A stretch of 20,000 nt of DNA from Gonapodya sp. JEL0774 (lineage: Eukaryota), in assembly GCA_027604505.1 (NCBI GenBank), contig JADIIX010000058.1, positions 117,681 through 137,680 of the forward strand, given 5' to 3'. A model generated the notes under the pieces. The model was given only the letters and a program-made list of their open reading frames with translations. It was not told the DNA's origin and did not search any database. A program made the position numbers and the translations under genes. This document shows, piece by piece, positions 1 to 11,142 of this stretch (its first letter is position 1; each line of letters opens with the position of its first letter).

Positions 1-888
1 GCTGAGTGGCGGGACGGGTTGTCAATTGTGAACATCCCATGGTTGTGATGTCGGAAGCAGCTCACGCGCAAACACCTGGATCGCATTCCGGTCATTCTTA
101 TTGTTGGGAGCGAGGAATCCCCAGTACGTGGCGTTATCATTTGCCTTGGCCATTGCTTGAATCGCCAGCGAGTTTACAACCATTTCTTCCCAGGTTTGAG
201 GTGGCGTTGTGGTGTTGAGGTATTTCTTGTAAAGGTCAACACCTGATCAAGTGTTTATATCAGCATTCAGAAGGTGGGAAGGACGATTGTCAAATCGAGA
301 TATGCCCACGATACATGAATGGCCGCAGGTCAAGACTTATCGGCAAAGCCCACCAATCGTTGTTGATAAAATACATGAACCTGTGAATACGAAATGGTCA
401 GGCGAGGATCACCAAACAACTCCAACGCCAGACTGCTCACGTTGACGCGCGGGCAATATCCTTTGTAATGTCCCCGTCGGGCCTGAAGTTTGCCCAGTCG
501 TCAAGATAGGATGTCAGAGGAATGACTGCTTTCGCTTGAACAAGATTGTCCACGACCCCGCCGACAGTGATAACGTCCTTTCCACAAACAGAATTTTAAT
601 TCAGCCTCAACGAGGGCTTGCACGTCACCTTGCACTCACTGGCATCCTTCCACCCCTGTTGGGATCCCCGCTGACAGCCCACACCTGCAGATCTGCGAAG
701 CTCCCATATACGAAATCCACACCCCACTTGCCAGCATACGTCTCGTTGAACTCCTTGGCAGCCGTGAGGAAAGGAGCACTCGGATTGGCGTTGAAGGGCT
801 GATACACGAGGATAGTCTCGACGGCGGCCACCCCATCTGGGGCGAGAAGGCCAGCTGCGAAGGCTGCCACGAGGAGCGCGCGCAACAT
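1..888 (-). CDS. Partial intron-containing gene: signal peptide plus solute-binding protein family 1-like (periplasmic binding protein type II) domain; runs off the left edge
   Basis: Predicted exons 888-640, 577-441, 380-310, 242-66 (next acceptor CAG at 4-2), all GT-AG and phase-consistent. Product: MLRALLVAAFAAGLLAPDGVAA...AAKEFNETY...SGDPNRGGRMPDVITVGGVVDNLVQAKAVIPLTSYLDDW...NNDWWALPISLDLRPFMYRVDLYKKYLNTTTPPQTWEEM. This follows the motif order of sugar SBPs: PDV, PL..Y, ALP...YRxDL, PPxTWxE. Confidence 0.8.
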
Positions 889-2254
889 CGGAGCTTTGGA
901 ATTCAGCACGATGAAGGAAGGGGAATTTGTTGATGAGGATTTGTGGTTGAGGTAGCCTCGCACCTGACTGTGGCTGTGCATAAACATCACCGGGAAATGA
1001 CCCCCATGGGCACCCACACCACACCGGGTGACCAGGTGAGCTGGACTCAGAGGCAGATGCCCTTCTCAAATGGGGTGCATTCGTCAGGGTGGGTGGTGCA
1101 CCTTAGCCAGATTACCTGCAATGGCCATTTCCATCTCGTCATGTTCAGGCTCACTCTCATTGCTACTTTGCTCGACACTGTCTGTGTCGTCAGATAATTG
1201 ACTCTCTTGAAACACTGCTTCTAGCTCTCCTTCTTCCGGAATTTCCTGTGTTTGAGTGCACACCTCATTCCAACCCACAAGCCAAAAACCCTGGCTTTCA
1301 CCCATGACAATTGGATCTCCCAAGATCTCAGCTGACAATGGGTTCAGCCTCCAAGTTCCATTTCGCTGTCAACTTGCTGTGATCTTTACAGCCTTTCACT
1401 ATTTTTTCACTTCCAACAGTATTACAGCGATGCATTGTACAACCACAGAACAATGTAAAACTATGCTTAGGCCCCCTATTGTGAGATCCGTTTGGACTTT
1501 GCTTCAATTTTCTCCGTTCCTTGGTGACCTCTCGTTCCCTCCTATTCGTGCCGGGAAAGGTGAAAAGGGAATGAGGAAAGGAACGGGGAGGAAAGGAGGT
1601 CAGAAGAGTGGGAGTGGGTAAGACTGCAGTCGCAGCTCAAAAGAATGGGCAGCGAGACAACACTGCGAAGAACGAAATCACGAACAATTCACTCTTTCGC
1701 CCAGAAGTATATGGCAAAAAAGCTCAGAAATGAAGAGCTTGCCTATGCATACTGTCAGGTTCTTATTCGTCAATTTTCAAAGCCACTATCGACAGCGAAT
1801 CACATCACATCACTACACTAATGTCATGATTAGACTTTGTAGATATGTATGGATATAGACGTATTGAATTTGTTGAGAAGCCTCTCTATCTTTGTGACGT
1901 CTGTTTTGATTCCTGTTATGCTGCTCCCCTCATTTGCATAGTGAATGAAGAAGTGTTCAAAGAACGGTCTGAACTAATCAAACTAAGCAAGGACTCATTA
2001 TCTAAAGAAGCAGTGTGAGTAGCTTTGAGCATTTGTTCCCTTTCAAACCGCAATTTCGCAGCTCATGAGAATGCGGGAACAGAGTTTTGCCGAGCGAGCT
2101 CATCCTTGCACTCACAACTCACTCACCACCCTGCTCCATTGCCCTCCGTCGCTCGCTCCCCACCCCTCACACCTCACCTTCCTCCTATTATCTCCCCCTC
2201 TGTCTCCCACCTTCTTACCGCTCCTCCTCCCGTCCCACACCCAACCCCAACAAA

Positions 2255-5200
2255 ATGGCACTCGACCTGGTTAAGGCAGTACAGAACTACGTCAATAAAA
2301 TCGTATCAGATGTTCAGGGGATGAAGGTTCTTCTTTTGGATGCTGAGACGGTGCGTTGCCGTGTCGAGACGTGGGACAACATTACCCACAGCTCGGAACA
2401 CGCTATGGGAACCAGGAGAATGGGTGCGACAGCCATCCGCGCGCTTGTCTTGAAATGACACTGGGAGCCTTGTCCGATGTCACACTGTGAGACTCTTGAA
2501 GGCAAATGAAATTGATGGCACTGGATGGGAAGTTAATCGGGACGCGGGCATATTCACTCACCTTGAACTCTCTTCTCCGGCCTTCACCGTCTGACCAAAC
2601 GCACTACACTCTGTGTGGGTGGCTGCACCAAGAGTTTGGCTTCTGCTTCTTCTGAACTCTGGTTCAATCAGGAGTGGAACCAATTGAACGTGGACCAACG
2701 TTTCAACAAGGAGGATTACGGGAACTCCTGGACACGGGAATGATTCGTGACTACGAAATGCCCGACCAAAGAGTGCACATACATGGCACATAACGATGTA
2801 AACATCAAATTCTCCTCTATACTATATCACCCCTCTTTCTCCCCAGACCCCTATTCTCTCCCTCGTCCTCACCCAATCTCACCTTCTCACCCGCTCCGTC
2901 TTCCTCATCGACCGCATTGAGTCCTCCTACAAACCCACCCGCGACTCCAACATGAAACACTTGAAGTGCGTCGTATTCGCCCGACCAACCGCCGAAGCGG
3001 TCCAGGGGATCGTCGATGAGTTGAGGGAACCGTGTTATTCGGAGTATTACTTGTGTGGGTGTGCGGAGATGCGGCGGGGACTTGGGGACGTGGGGATGTA
3101 CCAGGGCGCGCGGTCACAAGTGTTCCAGAAGGGGATTGCACACGTCTATGAATCTAGACGTTCTCAGGAATGTTATCTGCCGTTTTGGATGCTAGGGGTA
3201 CAGGATACCTCATGTGTGACCGCTCATGGTAACTGCAGCAGACCAATGACCTGTGGTGAGGAGGAGGACAGAGGGAGAGAGGAGCGCTAGAACGAACGGC
3301 ACACTCGGGCATGCACTGCAGTACACACACTCGAAGTTTGCATCTTGGACAGTGCGGTTTGGTGGATGACATCACTTCATGGGAAACTTCGAACATCCAA
3401 ACTGATTCCCTTTACACACCACCCTCCGTGGCCCGCCTCCTTCCACGTGCAGATTTTTCCAATACCCTCCCCAAATCCTCCCTTGAGCGCCTCGCCGAAT
3501 CCGACCACCAATCCCTCGTCCGCGAGGTCCACGAACACTTTGCCGACTACTACGCCGTCAACAGCGACCTCTTCCACCTTAACGTGTCTCTCTCCTCACC
3601 ACAGCCCATGGCAGTGTGGGGAGACTCCCCGGTGGCGGGGGGCAATTGGAACAGTACGGCTTTGCAGAGAGCGGCGCAGGGTGTGTGTGCGGTGCTCTTG
3701 AGCTTGAAGAAGAGACCCGTGGTGAGGTATGAGAGGGATAGTGGAGTGGGAAAGAAGTTGGCGCAGGAGGTGGGGGTGAGTAGAAAAGGAGGAGTGGTTG
3801 CGCAGACATGCAAACGTGGACAAGGAGAGGAGACGGTGAACCCTGAACACCAGACTGGAGCTCTGGGTTACTGCTGCTGCACCACTCCCGGGCGGGCCCC
3901 CCCCCCCCCCCCACCCCAGAAGCAGAGAAATTAGTTGAATTGAAAAAATTGTTATAAAACAGACAATCAAGAAGAAACAGTNNNNNNNNNNGGTTTATGT
4001 GGGTGCCCCCCCCCGGGGGGCCCCCCCCCCCCCCCCCCCCCCAATTTCAAGCATTTTTTTTGTATTCTCACTCGTTCACCACCCATCCACTTCCCTCTCT
4101 TCAGTATCTCATCTCCCAAGACCCTTCGCTCTTCGACTTCCGAGCAACCCCTGTGCCCCCACTCCTGCTCATCCTCGACCGCCGATCCGACCCCGTAACA
4201 CCGCTGCTCAACCAGTGGACGTATCAAGCTATGGTGCACGAGTTGTTGGGGATTGTCAACGGGAGGGTGGATTTGTCGGGGGTGGCGGGCGGAGCGGAAA
4301 TGAAGGTGGGTTGATTGTTCGGGGGCAGAGGGAGGTGGGGCGGGGGTCATTGAGCCGCGTGGATCAGAGACAGAGTAGGGAGCTGGTGGGAAGGGGGAAC
4401 GGCTGTGGCTGGGGAGCATGTGTGTGCTCATCTGGTCAATCCTACTCCCCGCATCCTCTTAACAGGAAGCCGTCCTCTCCGCCGACCAAGACCCTTTCTA
4501 CAAACGTAACATGTATTTGGACCTGGGCGAACTCGGTGCCAATATCAAAACCTACGTGGACGAGTACCAAACCAAACATAAATCCTCCGTCGCCATCGAG
4601 TCCATCGCCGATATGAAGAGGTTTGTGGAGGAGTATCCCGAGTTTCGAAAGCTGGCCGGCAATGTTACCAAGCATGTGACCATTGTTGGAGAGCTCTCGA
4701 GGATGGTGGAGAGGGGAAAGCTGTTGGAGGTGGGAGAGTTGGAACAAAATTTGGCGGCTACGGAGAATCATGCGGGGGATTTGAGGGTGAGAGAAGTCTA
4801 AATCGAAGTTATTGATATTCAGTGTCGCTCATCATCCGAACCGAAATGATCGTAACGAAGACCCTGCAACAACTGATTGAGAATCCCACCATATCCGAAG
4901 ACAATAAAGTTCGCTTGGTGATTTTGTACGCTTTGCGATACGAAAAGTCCGCCGGGAATGCAACGCAGGCGCTGTTGGAGCAACTAGCGAGGAACAAAGT
5001 GCCCGAAAAAAAAATTGCGGTGCGTTCAAAGTGGTGAAATGAGTGGAAGAGCGTGGGAACACGATAGAGATGATCCGAACCTGTCTGTTCTCCATCGTCT
5101 GCCAGCTCGTCAACGCCATGCTTACCTTCGCCGGTGCTGACTCCCGCCAATCCGATATCTTCCACAACGATTCTCTTCTTGCAAAGTCGCGTACGCTTTT

Positions 5201-5751
5201 CAAAGGACTCAAGGGGGTCGACAATGTTTACACCCAGCACCAACCACATGTAGTGGGAGTAGTGGACGAGCTCGTGAAGGGCAGACTGAGGGAGCAATTG
5301 TATCCTTTCCTGGAGGGCGGGATGCGAGAGAAGTGGGTGACGAGTGATATTGTTTTGAGGCGTGATAACCACATAATGACGGCTGTCCTACGATGGCTAT
5401 TTGGTACCAACAGACCGCAAGATATCATCATTTTTATGGTCGGTGGCGTGACGTATGCGGAGGCACGCGCCATTACCCAGCTCAATGCGTCCACTCCGGG
5501 CGTACGAATCGTATTGGGAGGGACGTACATCCACAACAGCCGGAGGTGAGATGTAGCCGGTTTTGACATTAAGGCCTTGGAGCTCGCGTCTCATGCATTC
5601 TCTTTTCCTGTATTCCTTTCTCTAATGTTTAACACTTAGTTTTCTGCGAGAGGTTTCCGAAACAGTCTCGCGATGGGAGGCGTCGGGAAGCTCTTCAGGG
5701 AAGCTGGCATCTCCGAAAATGCATACCGTGAGAGTGAACAAGCTCTCCTGA
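2255..5751 (+). CDS. VPS45: Sec1/Munc18-family vacuolar protein sorting protein 45
   Basis: Exons 2255-2350, 2847-3054, 3453-3775, 4105-4305, 4466-4786, 4861-5019, 5106-5332, 5414-5545, 5640-5751. Motifs: [107 protein letters not shown]. Confidence 0.95.
3982..3991. other. Assembly gap (10 N) inside VPS45 intron 3, flanked by poly-C/G runs
   Basis: Run of N with homopolymer tracts at about 3896-3917 and 4006-4042. Confidence 0.98.
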
Positions 5752-5973
5752 CGATTGGAAGTCAGCAGTATTTGGAAGCCACAACTATCGTTGGATGACG
5801 AGGTGCCCTCGAAATACCCAGATACGACGCACGGTTTTGTATTTTGCATTTGCAGGGATTATGGTAATACCGTGTATCCTACCACGAGGTGCACCATCTC
5901 AATGTGTATGTAATTAATGGTAATGCGGCGGCAACTCGGCTCATAAGCAGCCGAGCTCCCTGTTCCAGTTTCA

Positions 5974-8245
5974 ATGGATTGGCGTCAATTCGTAGCTAAA
6001 ACCCGGCACGATCGCCGAGATTCGCTGATTCCTAAGGAATGGCTGCTATCGCCATCGGCTCTCGCCTCGGCGGGGGACACTGGCGCAATAAAAATCATTG
6101 AAGAAAACTTGGGGAAGAGGGAGAGGGAACTGACATCCATGACGGGAACGGAGCTGGTACGGTTGTAAGTGTTTGAATCAACTGAAAGTCCGATTTCTGG
6201 ACATGATCAGACGTTCATGATGCATCCAGGATGTCGCAGGGCCATCTCACTTCACTGGAAGTGACCCGTGCCTTCTGCCATCGTGCGGCTCTCGCACAGC
6301 AACTCTTGAACTGCGTCACAGAATTTCTATTCGATCGTGCCTTTGCGCGGGCAGCGGAGATTGACTCTGAGTTCAAGAAGACAGGGAAGGCAGTGGGACC
6401 CCTTCACGGCCTCCCAGTGTCCATCAAAGAAGAAATGAATATGAAGGGAACACTAGTGACGTGGGGCTTCGTCTCTTGGGCACGGGATGGAGAATGCGAC
6501 AGTGACTCGGCTGTTGTGCAAATGCTTCATGCATCTGGGGCGGTAATCTTTTGCAAAACAAATGGTGAGAAATCTGTATTATGCTGAGGGCAATCTATAC
6601 GTTTCTGTTGAACCTGTCGACCCCACAGTTCCGCAATCGCTGATGACGTGGGAATCAAATAACGCTGTTTGGGGTCGCGTTTTGAATCCCCACAATCGCC
6701 AACTGGGAGCAGGGGTGAGAAGGATCCATTTGAATCGAAGGAACTGCCGCTAACAGATAGGGCTTTTGTCGAAAGGGGTCCTCTGGTGGTGAGGGCGCTC
6801 TCGTAGCTAGCGGTGGTTCTCCGCTAGGCATCGGAAGTGATATCGGAGGGAGTGTGAGATTTCCTGCGACTATCAATGGCGCGGTATGTGAATTGCGTGA
6901 TATTGCGTTATCTTGAGTTTTTGATGTGGTGATATTCATTCGTGCTGGCGGCTATCCAGTATACTCTGAAACCCTCATCAAAACGATTCGCCTACAATGG
7001 CAGTCGGTCATTGGCACAGGGCACGCCCGACGCCATCATCGCCGTGAATGGACCCATTACTGTTCGTACTTGAAGACTTCACTAACCTGCTGCTCTAAGC
7101 AATTCACTGCACTGTGGTTTCTGTTTAGAGGTCGGTTGACGATGTGGAACTCTACGCAAAAATGATGATTGACGGAGAAGGATGGCGAATTGATGTAAGA
7201 GAACCCCTGCACCTTTGACTTAGGATGTTCACGGACCCTTTCTCGAACGACCGGTGGTAGCCTAATGTATTTCCTTCACGGTGGACACCGGCGGTGCTGC
7301 CCAGAACCTTACGCATTGGATTCTTTTTCGACGTCGGTACTTGTGCTCCAGTGGGGCCTGTCAGGCGGGCAGTAGAAGAAACGGTGGCGGCACTGAGGAG
7401 CGCAGGACACTCATGTATTGAAATTCAATTGGAGGATGGATTCGATCTCCTCAAAACGGCGGTGCGTATTTGGCTGCTTTGAGAAAAGGGCTCTCTTGGT
7501 GTAGTCGATTAACGAGGTCAAAAAAACAGAGTCAGTTTTTCCAAGCATTTGACGGTGACCTTAATGAGGTTGTTGCAAAGGGTGTGTTATAATTGAGCGC
7601 CAAAGGTTCCTGCCGTGAGATCATGTGACAACCGACCTTTGTGGAGTAGGGGGAGAGGGCTACATCAAGCCAATGGAGTTTAAACTTCGCCAGTCATCTC
7701 GACCACCAGCGACAGTGGCTCAACTATGGCCCCTTTTCGCTCGACGAGACATGCACCGCGAGCGCTTCCTCGCTTTGTTTGAGAAACTTGGGCTCCATGC
7801 TGTAATCTGCCCGACTCTGTCCATCCCTTCATGCCCCCACGACACAGCTCACGAGCTATTGAGTGCAACAGGGCTTGCAACCATGTTCAATCTTTTGGAT
7901 CTACCTGCAGGGGTAGTTCCGGTGACCAAGGTCACACCAAGTGACAGGCCGACGACGCCGTTCAAAGCAAGGCATTCGTCGGAGCAAAAGGTACACGACA
8001 CTTTCTCTCAGAAATTTGACTCCTTCGTTGGCTGTCCTGTGGGCCTGCAGGTGGTGGGTAGACGATGGAAGGAAGAGCACGTCGTTGAGGTGAGTGCTCA
8101 GAAGCGGCCAGTGCATAACAAAGGTGTTGTAAAGTCTTCACGCTGCATAATGCTTGTGCAGGTGATGAGAGTCGTTGATAACGTGGTAAACAAGGTAAAT
8201 CACCGCCGAAACAAGGATTCGTTTCTTGTTCACGTGAACTCATGA
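5974..8245 (+). CDS. Amidase-signature family enzyme (acetamidase/FAAH-like), multi-exon
   Basis: Spliced product contains [12 protein letters not shown] (catalytic Lys), [42 protein letters not shown] (Ser-cisSer), [27 protein letters not shown] and [14 protein letters not shown]. All junctions I checked were phase-consistent. Confidence 0.93.
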
Positions 8246-8690
8246 CTCTGCGCCTGCAGCATGCGTTGCGCCAACGTTTTAAAATGTAAAATCGTCAACA
8301 AATAAATGCTTGAATAGGAAAAATGGTCAGATTGGAAATTTCAAGCATATCATATGTCTTTTTGAGGACGAAAACTCGTCGCTGGGTTCCGCAGAATCCG
8401 CGTCTTGGGATCACAGATTGTGCTCTGATGTACATAGAAGTTAGGTTGAGCGATTGTGCATTATGGGTCGCAGCATCGCACGCTGATTTTGCAGTATTAA
8501 AGATTTTCAATTGTCAAGTCATGCCCGCATACAGAAAATTGTAAAATAGAACGTTTCTCAACAACTTTCTGCCAACGTATGATTTCCCTCATTCGAATTG
8601 TTCGGTGCCCGCCCTCTGCGCATTTTGTTCCTCTTTTCCAACTTCCAGCGTCCGGTCCCACAGCACCCATTCCATGGAGACCACTCAGAT

Positions 8691-9984
8691 CTACCAGTTG
8701 CTGCAAGACTTGGGAGTGTCATCTACAGGACAGGATCAAATTGAGCGCAAGGACTGTCATAAACACATTAACAGACGAAAAGCTCACTAGGGTACCAGGT
8801 GGCACATTTCCTAGAAGAATGGAGGGGGGCGAAATGCGCGTCAGCGCTCAATTCCAACACCCAATACTTCTAACTCTCACCAGTTCTTCCATTTGTCACA
8901 GTCACCGGACCAAGGAGACCACTTGCGGTTCACAAGGGTTTGGCAGGTCTCGCTGGAAGGAGGAGGAGCGGGAGCAGAGCAGCCAGAGGGAGTGTCGTCT
9001 TCATTTATGGTGCACATAATAAGTGATGGCCACGATAGTTGGGAATTCACAACGCTTACTGGGGTACCAGGTGGCACATTTCCTATTTGCGATGGGCGAG
9101 TCATACATGTGAGGCTGCAATCAATGAGTCTATAAGATGTGCCAGTTTACTCACCAGTTCTTCCATTTGTCACAGTCACCGGACCAAGGAGACCACTTGC
9201 GGTTCACAAGGGTTTGGCAGGTCTCGCTGGAAGGAGGAGGAGCGGGAGCAGAGCAGCCAGAGGGAGTGTCGTCTGATTTATGGAAGCAAATTTGAGGGAC
9301 GAATAAAGTAGTTGCGTATTCGGCGATGCTTACTGGGGTACCAGGTGGCACATTTCCTATTCACAAGAGGTGAATCGCATATCAGTCTTCCATTCGGGAA
9401 CGTATCCATCGGGTGAATTTCCCGGTCTCACCAGTTCGTCCATTTGTCACAGTCACCGGACCAAGGGGACCATTTGCGACCAACGAGGGTTTGGCAAGTC
9501 TCCGACGAGCTTGGGGGGGGAGGGCTTGGGGATTTGGAACAACCTTGGGGGCGGGAATCTGATGGAACAAGTGGAGTTTAATTTGATGTAGGGAGCTCGT
9601 GGAAGCGGAAGCACAATATGCGTACCCGCCCAGGTGTACCACTTGTCACATTGCCTGAGGGCCCCAGAACAATTTCAAATCAAATTGTGGTTATACTATT
9701 TGCACAGAACGGATAAGGACTAACCAGTTGTTCCATTTGTCGCAATCACCGGACCAAGGAGACCACCTGCGCAAGTAAAGGGATTCACATGTCTCGGTTC
9801 CAGCAGGGGGTTGAGCGGGTTGCCAGTTGGCGGCAGCGGATGACACGAAGATGGCTGGGTCGAACATAGAGCGGTGAGGCGTGATGAACCAACAACCATT
9901 CAAAGTCCAGTCTCCAAAAATGAAACGGAAATGGAGCTCACCTGCCACGAGGGCGATAGCGAGGATGGAGATTCCGCGCGACAT
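8691..9984 (-). CDS. Predicted secreted 221-aa protein with four tandem Trp/Cys-rich modules and Pro/Ser linkers; 10 exons including four micro-exons
   Basis: Exons 9984-9942, 9854-9725, 9654-9626, 9558-9432, 9356-9334, 9272-9155, 9082-9060, 8998-8881, 8810-8788, 8722-8691 total 666 nt. All introns are GT-AG and the frame is open from ATG to TAG. The N-terminus MSRGISILAIALVAAIFVSSAAA is signal-peptide-like. Confidence 0.88.
8788..9775. repeat. Four-unit direct repeat (period about 274-293 bp) made of the duplicated exon plus micro-exon module
   Basis: 8881-8998 is identical to 9155-9272, with diverged copies starting at 9432 and 9725. The 23-nt unit T(G/A)GGGTACCAGGTGGCACATTTC occurs at 8788, 9060 and 9334. 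Confidence 0.95.
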
Positions 9985-11142
9985 GGTTGTTTGCTGGAAG
10001 TGGAGGAGTCAGCAAGGAGCCGCGTCAAACAGAGGAGGAGCAGGCGGCGGCTGGCGGCAGTGAACTGCCGCGCGCAAACAAAGGCACTGGATTGCCCAGG
10101 CTTTCCTTTTTTGAACACGCACCGAGAATCCGAACAATGGGCGCTGTTGGAGTTGGACGGATTCTTGTCCTTTTGAAGGGTCTGTGTTCTTTTGTGGCGG
10201 TGTGTGAGTGGGGAGGCTTTGTACAAAAAAACCCTTTCCAAACGCGAGGCGGTGTCACAAGCAGTTCCGTTTGCGTTTCCCCACAGCCCAATTGCGAATC
10301 AAGAATTCTGACCGATCATATTTGCTGTGTAGCTCTTCATACATGTGAAACGATGGCTTGATTCGAGAAAGCATTTGAGACTGGAATCGTCCGTACATGA
10401 CTTTCTCTGCGCTGCACACCGGAACAGTTCAATCCCAACACATTAATACTTCCAGAAAGGCAATGGATGTGTGAGATCCAGTCTCGGCAGAATCTTGAGC
10501 TTAAACGTCTTTGAGTATAACAGGAGCAAACGGTTATGTATGTAGCCCGAAACGCGCAGAGCAAAGCACCCAACTCCAATTCTGGAACTGTCTGAAATGT
10601 GGCAACACACCGAAACACGATAAAAACACTAGAACTTCGTATGTACTTCCTGCACCTTACTTGATCTTTCTTTGAATATTGCAATCTGGCTTCATTTGGA
10701 TGTGAATTCCATTCTGTGCTGACGCCACACACAAGGCGTGCACACTGCACAGGTTGTCAGCCACTGCAAGATTCAGTCATGGGCCATTAGCCGGACCGCA
10801 CGTCGTGAGATTGCTAGATTTATCTTTTCAGAAATTTGTTCCTCGGTCGGTCTTCGAAGAAAGCTTTCTGGATTGCAGCGTGGACATTCCCTAATAACAC
10901 TGCGGTTTTTTCCTTTTCCCCCCTCCCTCTTGGCTGATGTTTCAAGCTTGCCGTTGCTCGTCCAAGTTCACACCACAACAAAGATGTGTCCAGAAAGTGC
11001 CGGGTCCATTCCCAGGGCACTTTCGCTCGGACCAACAGTTTCCGACCCTGACAACCCTCCCTCCCCCTCATCCTTCTTCATCCCACGTGCTCTGAACATT
11101 TCTTCTCTGGAGCGACACTTCCAGAGGCTCATCGTCGTGTAA

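Noticed and set aside
1084..1338. Acidic 84-aa minus-strand ORF, possible transposon remnant
   Set aside because: No ATG start, recognisable domain, terminal repeats or convincing splice partners.
2351..3452. Long VPS45 introns 1 and 2 as possible snoRNA or insertion hosts
   Set aside because: I could not identify a convincing C/D or H/ACA box arrangement or terminal inverted repeats by eye.
3885..4065. Poly-C/G tracts and poly-Pro/Gly ORFs
   Set aside because: They flank an N gap inside an intron and are probably low-quality contig ends.
6926..7165. Apparent frame disruption in the amidase middle region
   Set aside because: Short introns restore the continuous YTLKPS...GPITRSVDD sequence.
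8788..9356. 23-nt repeats with unique spacers resembling a CRISPR array
   Set aside because: Each repeat is bounded by AG/GT splice sites on the minus strand and encodes WKCATWYP. The period is about 274 bp, the context is eukaryotic, and there are no cas genes.
5974..9984. Amidase plus repeat protein as a peptide biosynthetic cluster
   Set aside because: Only adjacency supports it. No oxidase, peptidase or transporter genes are visible and the neighbours are housekeeping-type.
9987..10900. Multiple short overlapping ORFs
   Set aside because: No motifs or consistent splice structure; likely intergenic or promoter DNA between divergent genes.
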